DNA from: a virus
Strand: one strand, 5' to 3'
Length of the DNA stretch: 64,000 bases
IMG/VR virus record: IMGVR_UViG_3300021437_000012
Coordinates: 1 to 64,000 of that record
The notes under the pieces are model-generated. The model saw only the letters and a program-made list of their open reading frames with translations, was not told where the DNA came from and made no database searches. The translations under genes were made by a program, and so were the position numbers. This document shows, piece after piece, positions 46,192 to 57,524 of the stretch (the first letter of the stretch is position 1; every line of letters begins with the position of its first letter).

Positions 46192-46587
46192 GTGAGATTT
46201 TGCTTGTCTCATCCGACTATTCGGTGTTGGGAAGTTACTGCGGCTGATGGTACTAAGTATGGGTGTGATCATTTAAAAGTGGTTGCGCCGGAGCGCGCGT
46301 ACAAGTGTTCCACATGTCCTTTACCTAAAGCGGACCCTGGCCCCGAAATCCGCTCTATATATACGTTATATAATTTTATATTTGCATTCCCTGAAAATTC
46401 TATCTTCTTTAAAGATAGATGGGCGCGCGTACGTCGTAGTATGCCCACAGAACAGTGGGATGACCTACTTAGCAGTTTCTATGTGATTCGTGCTATAGTG
46501 GATCGAACTAATGTGGCTGCTCAAGCAGTCGCCCAAGCGCAAATAGAAGCGAACTTAGCGCTGAAAAAGCGCCAATCTAGGATTTAA
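46192..46587 (+). CDS. tail assembly chaperone frameshift extension (T-like)
   Basis: In the -1 frame relative to the chaperone, directly before the tape measure gene. Confidence 0.7.
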   Translation: MRFCLSHPTIRCWEVTAADGTKYGCDHLKVVAPERAYKCSTCPLPKADPGPEIRSIYTLYNFIFAFPENSIFFKDRWARVRRSMPTEQWDDLLSSFYVIRAIVDRTNVAAQAVAQAQIEANLALKKRQSRI

Positions 46588-46588
46588 C

Positions 46589-49438
46589 GTGGCTGATAAC
46601 GCAAACGTTAATATCAAAGTCACAGCTACTACGGGTGACGCCAATGCGTCTATTCAGGTGCTTACTCAAACAGTACAGCAGCTTGCGTCAAATATGCAGA
46701 CTGCGTTTATATCTGCGTCCGCGGCTACTGCGCAATTAGCAGATCATATTCAGGGGCTTGGGCAAAAGCATGAAGAGGCGGGGCATAAAACAGAAGCTCA
46801 CAGCGTTGCACTCGGAATGCTTATTGCGGAAGGTGTTGAAAAGTGTATAGAGAAGGGGCGTGAATTAATTGAAACTTTACGTGAATGGTCACACGAAGCC
46901 GCTGTAAATGAACAGGCTAATATTCTTCTTGATAATGCTCTGCGCGCCCAAGGTAGTTTTACTCCTGAATTGTCCGCACATTATAAGGAATTAGCAGACC
47001 ATCTTTCTAACGTAGCGGGTGTTGCAGATAATCAAGTTGTTACTGCGTTAACTGGACTTATTACTATAGGTAATGTGTCAGCAGTAAATATGGATCGAGT
47101 TACCAAAGCTGCTATGAACTTTGGTGATCAGATGGGCTATTCACTACCGCAAGCAATGAGTATGGTGGAACGGGCGGCTGCCGGCCATACAACAATGTTG
47201 CATCGTATGGGACTTAATTTCGTTGAGACTGGTGATAAGGTAAAGGACTTCAACCATGTTCTTGAAGCTATGGAACAAATGAGTCGTGGCGCTACAGATT
47301 CTATGCAAACTTCCGTTATTCGTATGGAAGCACAAATGAACATATCACTTGGTAAGATGGAGGAGACTATAGGTAGTGTAGTTAATGATGGAATTAAACC
47401 ATTCATTATTGTTATTCGAGATGCAGCACAAGAAGTGCAGAGATTCGTAGAAGAACATAGAACCGAAATTCTTAACGACTTCAAAACTGCACTTGAACTT
47501 CTTGTACCAATTTTGACAGTGTTAGCAAAACAGGTGGTGGTTGTAGGTCTTGAAATCGCAGAGTTAGCTGACACTATACATAGATTTGGTGGGCCTATAA
47601 AAGAATCAGTCGAATCATTTAACTCGTGGGGTAATGCCTCCCATTCGTTAATTATGGCTTTAACGCCACTTGCAGTACCACTGCAAGTTTTGAATTTTGC
47701 TATAGACAAAATAAGCAGTGGTCTGCAAATTCTTTTGCAGGGGTTTGCAGACCTTACTTCAGGATTGGCTGAAAATCCTATGTTTACAGGCGCAATAGCA
47801 GCTAAATTAGGTATTACTAAAGACGGGTTAGAGAATCTTTCTGGAGGCTTTCAAGATTTAGCTGATAGGGTTAAGAATTCTTCAGCAAAACACGAAGATT
47901 TTAAAAAGAAATTAGAGGAGATAGGTACAACTATTAATGGCAATATTGACGAAACAATGACTAAACTACAAAAGTTATTAGCCGATGTAGGTAAAGAAGG
48001 TATGAATGCAGGCAAAGGCGTTAAGGATGGCGCGGATTTAATGGGGCCTTCGCTATCAAGTGTACCGCCAATTATTCAACAGATAGGGGACCATGTTTTC
48101 ATAGTAGGTAAGCAGTTCGACGACACATTTACTCGAATCAAAAACTTAACACGCGATGAAACGCAGTTACTTGGCTCTTTACGTGATGCTTTACCCGATG
48201 TACTCGCTGAAAAAGTCGATACTTTAGAGCAGCGCTTTGCTCTATTGACTAAAACTTTAGGGGATTCAACCAAAGCTTCGATATTGCTTAAATCTGAAGC
48301 TAAGGGGATAGCTGATAAGTACAAAGAAATGGGGGAAATAGTCCCTTACTCCGTACAAAAAATTATTGATTATAGTGGCGCCGCAGAAAAAGCTGCCAAA
48401 ATGCACGCTGCGGCAGTTAAGCAAGTTACAGATAACTTAAAGGAACAGGCTAAGGTTGCGGAAGAAGCAGCGAAGTCTGCTGGTAAGGGTTATGACATGA
48501 CTTCACCCGCAGGTCTTGAGGCAACTAAGAAAGCTGCTGATGCAGCCGCTGCGGCTTATGCTAATGTTGCGCAAAGTTCCAAGAATATGGGTAAAGAAGC
48601 AACAGAAGCGGCGAAATCTGCTGCGCAACAAATGGTTCAACTTGTGATGGGCACCGCTAAGTTCGCAAATGAGTTAGAGCGTATCAAAGCTGTAACAGCA
48701 TCTATAACCATTACTTCGGATGAAAAAGTTGATATAGACCCAAAATCTGGCCCTATAAAAAATATCCTTGACGACATCAATACTATGGTTAAGAACAATG
48801 CGCCCGGTGCTCAATGGTTAAAAACGTTTGCAGAAAATCTTAAGTCCGGCGATCTTGGTGCAATGAAAAAAGAAGTTGATATGTTAAATCAGCAACTTCA
48901 AACTTGGGTTGGCGCTGGTTATGACCACATTTCGGGAGATTTAAAGAACTTAGTTTTTAGTCTTCAGAATAAGTTAAACGAAGCCCAAATTGCAATTGGT
49001 AATCAACAGAAAGATGTCATACAGTCTTCGGCCGATGTGCAAGATGCAGGGGTAGATGCGTACCACCAAATTGGTGATGCAGCAACTTACGCAGCCCGCG
49101 CGATTAATGGAGTTGCGCAAGCTAATCGTTCAGTGATCGGAGAACCTACTACTGCAAACAAAGTTCGAGGCGGTGGTGGGCTTCGTGATGTTGGGCCTGC
49201 GGATACTCAGGGTGGGTTGATAAATGCGACAGTAGATAATACAAAAGAGCTTGGTGGACTTCGTAATGATACCCGTAGTAGTGCTGATAAGATTGTTAAA
49301 TCTCTGGGTGAAAAAAATGATACGATGATTAAACTTTTGCGCGGATTAGTGGATAAACCGGCTATTGATGCAGGAACACTTACGACTGTATTAGCAAAAG
49401 CGCAACGTCAGGGTCTCGCAAAGCCAGGTAATCCATAA
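46589..49438 (+). CDS. tape measure protein
   Basis: 949 aa, Ala-rich and helical, canonical position. Confidence 0.9.
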   Translation: MADNANVNIKVTATTGDANASIQVLTQTVQQLASNMQTAFISASAATAQLADHIQGLGQKHEEAGHKTEAHSVALGMLIAEGVEKCIEKGRELIETLREWSHEAAVNEQANILLDNALRAQGSFTPELSAHYKELADHLSNVAGVADNQVVTALTGLITIGNVSAVNMDRVTKAAMNFGDQMGYSLPQAMSMVERAAAGHTTMLHRMGLNFVETGDKVKDFNHVLEAMEQMSRGATDSMQTSVIRMEAQMNISLGKMEETIGSVVNDGIKPFIIVIRDAAQEVQRFVEEHRTEILNDFKTALELLVPILTVLAKQVVVVGLEIAELADTIHRFGGPIKESVESFNSWGNASHSLIMALTPLAVPLQVLNFAIDKISSGLQILLQGFADLTSGLAENPMFTGAIAAKLGITKDGLENLSGGFQDLADRVKNSSAKHEDFKKKLEEIGTTINGNIDETMTKLQKLLADVGKEGMNAGKGVKDGADLMGPSLSSVPPIIQQIGDHVFIVGKQFDDTFTRIKNLTRDETQLLGSLRDALPDVLAEKVDTLEQRFALLTKTLGDSTKASILLKSEAKGIADKYKEMGEIVPYSVQKIIDYSGAAEKAAKMHAAAVKQVTDNLKEQAKVAEEAAKSAGKGYDMTSPAGLEATKKAADAAAAAYANVAQSSKNMGKEATEAAKSAAQQMVQLVMGTAKFANELERIKAVTASITITSDEKVDIDPKSGPIKNILDDINTMVKNNAPGAQWLKTFAENLKSGDLGAMKKEVDMLNQQLQTWVGAGYDHISGDLKNLVFSLQNKLNEAQIAIGNQQKDVIQSSADVQDAGVDAYHQIGDAATYAARAINGVAQANRSVIGEPTTANKVRGGGGLRDVGPADTQGGLINATVDNTKELGGLRNDTRSSADKIVKSLGEKNDTMIKLLRGLVDKPAIDAGTLTTVLAKAQRQGLAKPGNP

Positions 49439-50955
49439 TGATATACGGAGCTATACAGTGTTTATCCGAGGTGCAAGCACATGGTCGATTGGCGGATACT
49501 GCTTCTTTACATCTTACGGATATGAGTGCAGAAATAAAAGGATTGCGCGTTGATGTTCAACCTAGTGGTACGTATGCCATATTGTCAAAAGGTGGATTAA
49601 ACGCTACTGACAAGGCAAATTATTGGATTGGTTACTACTACTCATCAGGTGCCTACTATCTTAAAGCGGGCTTCATGACTAGTGCTGGCGTCGAGAAATC
49701 TCTTACGTACCAAGTGACTTTGAATATTGGGCAGTGGTACGCTGTTTTATATACGTTCAATAATACGACTAAAGCGTCTGCTCTATATCTTGCTATTCGT
49801 AAAAGTTTTACTAATCCGGTAAGTACGTATACACAAGTTGCTACTGGAGTACATACCGCAGCAACACCCAACGCAAGTACAGCTATGTTACGTATTGGTG
49901 CGGATACTGATGCAACGGGTGTACTAGCAAATACAGCAAATATTAGTGTAACTGAAGTTGGTGTATTCCCGCAGGCTTACGCAATGGGGGATTTAGACTC
50001 ATTTTTATCCACTAGATTTCAGTATACAGCGCTAACTGCTTCAGTTTTGTACGCTTGCGATGAGGGTTCAGGAAATACATTATATGATCGTAGTAGCAGC
50101 GGACTTAATATGGAACTTGTCGCGAGTCCACCTTGGACAGATGGGCCTCCTGATTTATTCTATTCTACAGGCCAAGTTGATGGACCACTAATCGGCGTAC
50201 TTAGTGCTACACGTCGTCCTCAAACTGTGATCACATCTGATGATGAAGATGCTAGTTACCCGGTTACAGAGTTAAAAGTACCACGTTGCGACCACGTTAC
50301 ACGCACTAATAGCGCTACTGGTGGTAAAACTTGGATATTTAATTTTAACCAACCATATACTATAGTAGCAATTTCTATACGTAACCACAATTTTTCGAGC
50401 AAGAGCGCAGTTCATGCAGAACTGAGTTCTTCAAATTCATGGGGTGGTCCGTCTGAATGTAGTGAAGCGTTAACGTACGCACCGAACAACTATAACCATA
50501 TTTTTCAGCGTCATCATCAAGCACAATGGGCACGATTAACAGTTAGTGATGATACAAATTCCAATGGCTATTTGTCTGTAGGCACGATTGATTGGTGGTA
50601 TTGTTGGGAGTCTAGTGAAGGTATTGAGTTAGCTTCAAAAACGATCACTATTCATGATCCATCAAAACTTACTCGTACAAGACAGGGGGATGCTACGCTT
50701 CGTGAATTGGATATTTTTACTAGCGTTCAGCTAGATTTTACTTTTATACAACGTGACGCTGCATTAGAATTTAAACGACTTTTTAATCTAGCTGTAGGTT
50801 CTGCTGGGTATGTTTTTGTATGCGATGAACCTAAGCGTAATTTAGCGCACGCAATCTATGGTCCGATTATATCGTGCGCTACTGAAGTTCCTGAAGATGC
50901 AGCTTTTCAAGAAACTCATCTTAGTACGTTAGTGATTGCAGAGGATAAAGCTTGA
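49438..50955 (+). CDS. distal tail protein with LamG-like domain
   Basis: GQWYAVLYTFNN...LRIGA...EGSGNTLYD.S. Confidence 0.65.
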   Translation: MIYGAIQCLSEVQAHGRLADTASLHLTDMSAEIKGLRVDVQPSGTYAILSKGGLNATDKANYWIGYYYSSGAYYLKAGFMTSAGVEKSLTYQVTLNIGQWYAVLYTFNNTTKASALYLAIRKSFTNPVSTYTQVATGVHTAATPNASTAMLRIGADTDATGVLANTANISVTEVGVFPQAYAMGDLDSFLSTRFQYTALTASVLYACDEGSGNTLYDRSSSGLNMELVASPPWTDGPPDLFYSTGQVDGPLIGVLSATRRPQTVITSDDEDASYPVTELKVPRCDHVTRTNSATGGKTWIFNFNQPYTIVAISIRNHNFSSKSAVHAELSSSNSWGGPSECSEALTYAPNNYNHIFQRHHQAQWARLTVSDDTNSNGYLSVGTIDWWYCWESSEGIELASKTITIHDPSKLTRTRQGDATLRELDIFTSVQLDFTFIQRDAALEFKRLFNLAVGSAGYVFVCDEPKRNLAHAIYGPIISCATEVPEDAAFQETHLSTLVIAEDKA

Positions 50956-52100
50956 TTATCGCGCCGTGGGAGTGGAGCTTACTTAATGCTGCTGGAGCAT
51001 CAGTTACTACTTCTACCAGTTCGTTTGAATTAGCATTTCCTGCGTCCAATTTATTCACGGCGGATAAACGTCAACCAGCAGTTTTTCGTGGTGGATTTTT
51101 GGTAGTTACTGGGTCTAATGATAAAATTGATTTTCGTGGTAATACAAAACATGCAACATTAAATGCTGGCTGGTATCGTTCTCCTGCGGAGTTTGCGCAA
51201 GAAATTGCTAGAGCTATGACCGCCGCTGACACAGTAGAATGGCGTTGGTGGTGGAAACAAGGCTCTACAGACAGACATCGGTTTGAAGGCGGACCAATTA
51301 CAGGCACGTCTACACTTGATATCTTAACTGGGACTAGTCATACTAAGAATTCCTTAAATTTGCTTGCAGGATTCCGTAATCAAGACCGCACTGCTGCATC
51401 TACACATACAGGGGATTTTGCTGCTATTCATTCGCGGGACCAAGTGGTTGTGGATTTAGGGCTTACCGCTACGGCCCATGCATCTTTCATTGTTGGGTTA
51501 AAATCTTCTCCTGATGCAGTAGTTTGGTTACAAGAGGATAGCGTCGATCCTCCTACAGCGTCAGACGGTATTTATTTTCCAGGACATGCTGATGAATCAA
51601 TTCTTGCGCTATACAATATCGTGGGTAGTCTTCATCGATATGTAGGACTTAATATAAATGATGCAGCTAACTCCGCTGCACAACGTACTCAAATAGGTGC
51701 GTGGTGGTACGGTCCTGTTTTCAATACTATGCGCACTACTTTGTATAGTATCGAATGGGAATGGCAAAGTTATAAGCGCAAAGGCGAACTACATCGTGCA
51801 GAAGTTGATGGTGTTTTAGGCCGTCCATTTTTTTCTGAAATGGCACCAGGGGAGACATTTAGTGTATCTTTTGCTTCTGCTCCAGGACTTAATCCTGAAC
51901 TTATTGCTCCTGCACAGAGTCTAATGGAAACTTTAGGTAACCATGGGTTAGCTTTCGTAGGACTTGATCCTGTTAATGAACCAATACGTGAAACTAGGCT
52001 ATGCTATCTAACACCATCACCGATTCATCGCATTGAAGGTGGAACATTAGATGGCTGCTATTCAATGAATTTTGATGGTATAATTGCTGAGGTAGCTTAA
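50952..52100 (+). CDS. minor tail protein
   Basis: Position; FPASNL motif similar to YPVTEL in the preceding gene. Confidence 0.6.
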   Translation: MIIAPWEWSLLNAAGASVTTSTSSFELAFPASNLFTADKRQPAVFRGGFLVVTGSNDKIDFRGNTKHATLNAGWYRSPAEFAQEIARAMTAADTVEWRWWWKQGSTDRHRFEGGPITGTSTLDILTGTSHTKNSLNLLAGFRNQDRTAASTHTGDFAAIHSRDQVVVDLGLTATAHASFIVGLKSSPDAVVWLQEDSVDPPTASDGIYFPGHADESILALYNIVGSLHRYVGLNINDAANSAAQRTQIGAWWYGPVFNTMRTTLYSIEWEWQSYKRKGELHRAEVDGVLGRPFFSEMAPGETFSVSFASAPGLNPELIAPAQSLMETLGNHGLAFVGLDPVNEPIRETRLCYLTPSPIHRIEGGTLDGCYSMNFDGIIAEVA

Positions 52101-52480
52101 TGGCACTTGCAACACCTGTATGGATTCAACCAATTGCTGATGAAGCGGATTTACGGCTTGATGAGCGTATCTTATTTCAATGGACTAAAATTAGTGGCGG
52201 CGGGAACTTTAAGTACTACCGAATCTTATTTTATTCCGATTCTGGTGGCACTACTTTAGTGCATGACACGTTATGGCAACCTACACACGCACAACGCGGT
52301 GGCGATGGGTGGGCAACTCGTGAAGCCTCAGCACTTGGGTTTACATCTGCAACATCTTACTGGCGTAAAGTTGGCGTACGAGATGATGCGGCAGCAACTT
52401 CAAGTTATTCTACATTGTTCAAATTTACTATGGAAACAGTAAAGTTGTCTGCAACTAATTGGGAGAAAGCGCAACCATGA
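52100..52480 (+). CDS. Fn3/Ig-like minor tail protein
   Basis: FQW...YRI...SYWRKVGVRD...FKFT. Confidence 0.55.
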   Translation: MALATPVWIQPIADEADLRLDERILFQWTKISGGGNFKYYRILFYSDSGGTTLVHDTLWQPTHAQRGGDGWATREASALGFTSATSYWRKVGVRDDAAATSSYSTLFKFTMETVKLSATNWEKAQP

Positions 52481-55400
52481 ACCGACGTGGTTCGCGTCCC
52501 GGTGCAGATTCTACTACGGTATTACTGCTTGATCGGTTATCAGGTACTCCTCGCGATTTAAGTTTATACGAACAAGTAATTACAGTGGAAAATACTTCAG
52601 GGGAACTGCCGCAGCCCGGACTTGGGTACTTCGGAGATGGTGTTAGACTTGGTAATATCGGAGTTTCGCCAGAAAATGGGTTACCTAGAATTAAAATTGC
52701 GCAAGCAGCTAGTCTAGATTTAGGTACATTACTTACTTTTGAAACTGCTTACTACCGTGCAAATACCGCGGATGCTACTTATTACATTGCATCGCGTAAA
52801 GATGGGTCCAATAATCTTTCTTGGGAAGTGAAACACGCTAACTTTGCAATTACGTTTGCGATAGAGAATCCGTCTGGAACCGGGGATACACTTTCAATTA
52901 GCGTGCCTATAGGTCAAAATCTTACTACTCTTGCACGTTGGTACTATGTACGATTTGTAGCCGACTTAAACAATGGGTGGCTCTACGGGTTCCTTAATGG
53001 AAATTTGCGCGCGAAGAAAAGTACAGCGTTAGTGGCTTTACGTACGGCAAGTTTAGGGCCGTTATACATCGGAGCTAATGCTAGATTAAGCTCGTCACTA
53101 GATTATTCGTTTGGTGGGCATATCTCTAATGTCAAATTACGCAATGTTGCCGATTTTGATGAAACTACGCTCCCACAAAATATACTCCTTTCAGACCACA
53201 TTACTACTAAACAAACTCGTGCGTTGGAATACGATTTAGGTGAGATTGTTGAAAGTAACACTTGGGTAGACGATACGGCTGGTGGATTTTATACTAGTGC
53301 AGCTAGTTTAGGTCTAATTAATTTTTTGGTGGATGACACCGATTTAGCAGGATTTACGCTTACTACTTCTGGTGGTGTTACCACAACACTTACAAAAGTG
53401 GGTAATATAACTGATGTAGATTCTACAGCTAATACGTATTGTTACGACGCAGCAAGTAATCGAATTTACGCAAATCCGAATCCATCAACGTATGCCACTG
53501 CACTACTTCGAGTTACTTATAGGTGTGCAGATCATACTCTAGCTATAGCAGGTCGTAATTATCGAGGTACTTTAGTAGTTTCTGATGCTGGGCATTTAGC
53601 TACTAATTACATATTCGCACCATTACCATTATCAAGTGGTGGTCGTATCGCTATATCTAGACAACATCCAGATCATCCCGCGTCGTTCGGTGGAGAATCT
53701 AGTAGTAAGATTGTGTGGCCTGGCGCTCCTGTACGATTATATAAAATTTTTGATCACGGGTCTTGGAGTGAAAAAATACCAATTTTTACTGGGTACGTAG
53801 AAACTTCACCTGCTGATGACCGCGATGTTATTGCTGTTAATATTGGTCCTCGTCATATGAAACTTGATAAAGTTGTCGTAGAGCCACATACAATCAACGT
53901 AACGGATTACCCATACGCACCTAAAGAGGCAATTGGGTATAAATTCCCTACAATCTGGGGTGTAGGACATCTACGTGTACCTGCTCCATGCGTAGATGTA
54001 ACTCCTACAGTCATAAGTGGAGTTACTTGTTACAAACGTAAAATTTCAGCACGGGCAATAACTTCAATTACTCAACTAGGTTCAGGTAACTCAGCTTTAC
54101 TTTATTTCACCAATGTTGATCTTAGCGTAGGTACTCTTTATTCTTCAGAAGCCCCCACGACAGAATTGTGGGCAAACGTTTCAGGTTATGGAACTCCATC
54201 TAGCGCTACTAGTGCAGCAGGTATATTTATTAAGTCGTTTAGTACTCCAACAGAAGCTATTACAGATCCTATGACGTGGCTAAAGACATGGTTATCATTA
54301 CTGATTGATTTACCATCGTCAGCAATGAGCGATTCAACATGGGCGAATACTGCTACACGAGTACTACTTGGGCGTCGTTTCTGTGAAGTAATGGACGGAT
54401 TAGGTAGCGGTGCTGCGGAACTGCAAAGATTTTTTCAAGAAACAGTTACTTTTTTACGGCCTTATGTAGATGGGACTTATGGGTGGTCTGACGTAGATAA
54501 AACTACAGTAAGCAGTGGCGTACTACGAGATTGCAATATTATTTCTGACTTATGGTATAACGACATTGATAAATTAAGTAGACGGGCGGATGGGGAGTGC
54601 TACGAATACCAATTAAGAAGTGATGGCACTACCTCTAGCAGTGCGCCTTTCTCACTAAGTCCGTTAAAATCCGATGTTCGTTATTTGCTTAATCCTGGTT
54701 GGAATCCTCCAGGTGGAAAAACTAGATTTATGTCCACCGGCAGCGCAAATAACTGGCTTCAAAATATGGTTCGTAGATTTCTTGAGGAAGTTGGGCAACT
54801 TAGGGATATAACGGTAAGTCCTAAGTACGCTTCAATTAAAGTGCTGGACGTACTTACCGATTATACGAGTAACTCTCAAGCTGGTAATGGAGCGAGACTT
54901 CGAGTCTTTAGTCGCGAAGAAACACCAGAGGGTAATCTAAAGTTAATCGTAGTTCCTGAAACTTTATTTCCGGCAAATGGTGCTCAACCTTACGATATAC
55001 GAGATTCTTACGGTCCACAACGACATTTTAGTTTTGGTAAATCTAGTGGACAGTCAGTTTCTTCCGCTGGTGTTTGGAGTGTGGTTGGCGATTATACGAA
55101 ACTCTTTCAAGGTTCAGTGTGTCGCTTTCCACCCTCTGGTGTATCACACCGTTTAGCTATACGTGCACAACGCATCGGTGGAAGTAATGATACGGATTTA
55201 GCTTTTAGATTACGCACTGCTAGTGGGCATACTATCGCCAGCATCGCGGGTGTGACCACAGCGGCCCAGTTCGTCTCTACAACGAGCTTCACTAACATAC
55301 CGACGATTGATGAATTGATTTGGTTAGAGGTACAGACTAATTATGGTGCGACCGGAACGGTGTGGAGCGCGTCATGGGAAAGCGAAGAGACGGCCGCGTC

Positions 55401-56643
55401 TCCTGGCGACCCGATAAGTGGCACGACGTTGTGGGAGGCAAGCCTCGGCGTGGCGGGCGCGACGCTCGGGACAACTAACCGAGTAGGGCTCAAGCCTACG
55501 CACCATTTCAGTTACGGTAATAGCGCGGGCACGGCGCTCGCTGCAACCGCTGGCGCGTGGGCGACGGTGGACAATTGCGAGCGGTTGTGGCAAGGCGGAT
55601 TCGGAACGTTCCCCGTGGGCACATCTCACCGGCTCCAAGTGTACGCCAGCGGAAGTGCGGGAACGACGCAATTCCGCATTTACGACTTCACTAATTCTCA
55701 AGTCGTCATGGGTCCGGTGACAGGCGTTGGCGGACTGGCGCTGTATCAATCGACCACGGCCGGGACGATACCGGAGAGCAACGCTAGACTCAGGCTTCAA
55801 TACCTGACTGTCGGCGCTGAGACGGCGGTGATTTACTCGGCGGGATGGGAGGCGAAGGAAGCCGCGACGCCAGCGAGTGAGCCTGTAGTGCCGGAGGTTA
55901 TCTACTCTGATGGTAATTCCGCTGGTGTGGCGTGTGCCACGACTGGCTCTAAGACTGTGTGGAAGAACGTCCCGCTGCGAGCCGGGCAGGTAGTGATAAA
56001 CAGGGCATACCATGAGACGCTAGGCGTAACCTATCAAGCGGCTCTGTATTGCGACCCGGGCGCTGCGACGGACTTCGCTGTTAGGCTAAGGATGAGATGG
56101 TATTTCGGCGGCACGACATTCGACCAGACTATGGACTTCGGAACGCTAACGACGGCAGGACTGTATATAGCAGGGCTGTACCTTGGAAGCGGGACGAGTC
56201 AGGCGCAAATGGCGATGAACGACTTGCAAGTGACGGTGGAGTATTCCTCGACCGCCAACACGGCTACGGTCTACTCTGCCTCATTGGCCGCGCTGTATAC
56301 GTATGATGTCACGGCGGAAAAGTACCTGACTGTTCCTGGCAGGGCCGGGGCGTTCATCACGACTCCGATGCCTGTAGGAGCGCGCCATCGTTGGGCAATT
56401 CGCGCGAATGGCACTGGGTGCTCTGGATTCAGGCCAGTTATCGTGTCAACAGACGGGCCAGTGGTGGCAAGCGATACGCTTAAGGTTATAGCCGACTTCG
56501 GTGTGATTACAACGGACGGCGTATTTGTGACCGAAGGGTTGGATAACCTAGCCGGATTGGGCGTCGAGCTTCGCTACTCTAACGGCTCAGGTTCTCCGGT
56601 GGTGTATGCCGCGAGCCTTGAGGCTCTGTATCCAGAGGAATAG
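52477..56643 (+). CDS. large tail tip/hub protein with LamG-like N-terminus and repeated C-terminal modules
   Basis: About 1390 aa; LYIGAN...FGGHISNV; C-terminal ~130-aa repeats. Confidence 0.7.
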   Translation: MNRRGSRPGADSTTVLLLDRLSGTPRDLSLYEQVITVENTSGELPQPGLGYFGDGVRLGNIGVSPENGLPRIKIAQAASLDLGTLLTFETAYYRANTADATYYIASRKDGSNNLSWEVKHANFAITFAIENPSGTGDTLSISVPIGQNLTTLARWYYVRFVADLNNGWLYGFLNGNLRAKKSTALVALRTASLGPLYIGANARLSSSLDYSFGGHISNVKLRNVADFDETTLPQNILLSDHITTKQTRALEYDLGEIVESNTWVDDTAGGFYTSAASLGLINFLVDDTDLAGFTLTTSGGVTTTLTKVGNITDVDSTANTYCYDAASNRIYANPNPSTYATALLRVTYRCADHTLAIAGRNYRGTLVVSDAGHLATNYIFAPLPLSSGGRIAISRQHPDHPASFGGESSSKIVWPGAPVRLYKIFDHGSWSEKIPIFTGYVETSPADDRDVIAVNIGPRHMKLDKVVVEPHTINVTDYPYAPKEAIGYKFPTIWGVGHLRVPAPCVDVTPTVISGVTCYKRKISARAITSITQLGSGNSALLYFTNVDLSVGTLYSSEAPTTELWANVSGYGTPSSATSAAGIFIKSFSTPTEAITDPMTWLKTWLSLLIDLPSSAMSDSTWANTATRVLLGRRFCEVMDGLGSGAAELQRFFQETVTFLRPYVDGTYGWSDVDKTTVSSGVLRDCNIISDLWYNDIDKLSRRADGECYEYQLRSDGTTSSSAPFSLSPLKSDVRYLLNPGWNPPGGKTRFMSTGSANNWLQNMVRRFLEEVGQLRDITVSPKYASIKVLDVLTDYTSNSQAGNGARLRVFSREETPEGNLKLIVVPETLFPANGAQPYDIRDSYGPQRHFSFGKSSGQSVSSAGVWSVVGDYTKLFQGSVCRFPPSGVSHRLAIRAQRIGGSNDTDLAFRLRTASGHTIASIAGVTTAAQFVSTTSFTNIPTIDELIWLEVQTNYGATGTVWSASWESEETAASPGDPISGTTLWEASLGVAGATLGTTNRVGLKPTHHFSYGNSAGTALAATAGAWATVDNCERLWQGGFGTFPVGTSHRLQVYASGSAGTTQFRIYDFTNSQVVMGPVTGVGGLALYQSTTAGTIPESNARLRLQYLTVGAETAVIYSAGWEAKEAATPASEPVVPEVIYSDGNSAGVACATTGSKTVWKNVPLRAGQVVINRAYHETLGVTYQAALYCDPGAATDFAVRLRMRWYFGGTTFDQTMDFGTLTTAGLYIAGLYLGSGTSQAQMAMNDLQVTVEYSSTANTATVYSASLAALYTYDVTAEKYLTVPGRAGAFITTPMPVGARHRWAIRANGTGCSGFRPVIVSTDGPVVASDTLKVIADFGVITTDGVFVTEGLDNLAGLGVELRYSNGSGSPVVYAASLEALYPEE

Positions 56644-57081
56644 ATGCCAGGGACGCGCAAGTACCATATAGCGACGGTATCGTGGGGGGCGACTCAGGGC
56701 GCGAGCCTCGCCGCGTCATCTACCGTCGAATTGGCCGCCACTGGTGCTGGCACATGGGCAGCCATAGACGGCCACGAGGTTCTACGCGAGGGCGGATTCG
56801 CATTCGCCACGGGCTCGCCGATGGTAACACATTACCTGTATGTGCGCTTCGCGGTGTCGCTGCTGGCGGACACAACGCTATCGTTCCGCCTGCGGGACGT
56901 GAGCAATTCTCTGACGATTGCGACGGCGACGCCAGAGAGCATAGGTGACACGTCGGCATACTCGACCACATTCTCAAACCTTCCGGCGTCGGATGCTAGG
57001 GTAGAATTGCAATACACGCTCGTCGCGCCGAGGACGTGCTTGTTCTACTGGGCGCTGTGGGATATGAGCCGATGGCTATAA
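56644..57081 (+). CDS. single-module tail protein
   Basis: FRLRDVSN...NLPASDARVELQY, paralogous to the hub repeats. Confidence 0.65.
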   Translation: MPGTRKYHIATVSWGATQGASLAASSTVELAATGAGTWAAIDGHEVLREGGFAFATGSPMVTHYLYVRFAVSLLADTTLSFRLRDVSNSLTIATATPESIGDTSAYSTTFSNLPASDARVELQYTLVAPRTCLFYWALWDMSRWL

Positions 57082-57524
57082 GGTTCTACCAGTTAGCGCT
57101 TATGGACTGGGGAGTCACTCAGGCCGCTGGGTCAGACATAAGCGCTCCTACAACTGCCAACCTGGCTATAACAGGAAGCGGAGCGTGGGCTACGGTTAAC
57201 GCACAAGAGTGCTTGAGGCAGGCGACGTTCTCAGTCCTGGATACAGACGGGAATGTAGCGCACTCGCTACGCGTGAACGCCTACCGCGGGCCGCTTGTAA
57301 CGGACCTATGGTTTCGACTACAGAACGTCACGTCTAGCACTACCATCGTCAGCGGAACGGCCAAATGGGCGACGTCCGCTAATCCAATCACTATCTACGC
57401 AATCGATGCGGCAAACCTGCCGGCGGCAGATGCGCGAGTCGAATTGCAGTATTGGCTAACCGGGTCAGGCGCCGGGCACGGGTCTTTCCTCGCAGCGTGT
57501 TGGCTGATGGAGCGCACCCCATGA
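57072..57524 (+). CDS. single-module tail protein
   Basis: FRLQNVTS...NLPAADARVELQY. Confidence 0.65.
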   Translation: MAIRFYQLALMDWGVTQAAGSDISAPTTANLAITGSGAWATVNAQECLRQATFSVLDTDGNVAHSLRVNAYRGPLVTDLWFRLQNVTSSTTIVSGTAKWATSANPITIYAIDAANLPAADARVELQYWLTGSGAGHGSFLAACWLMERTP

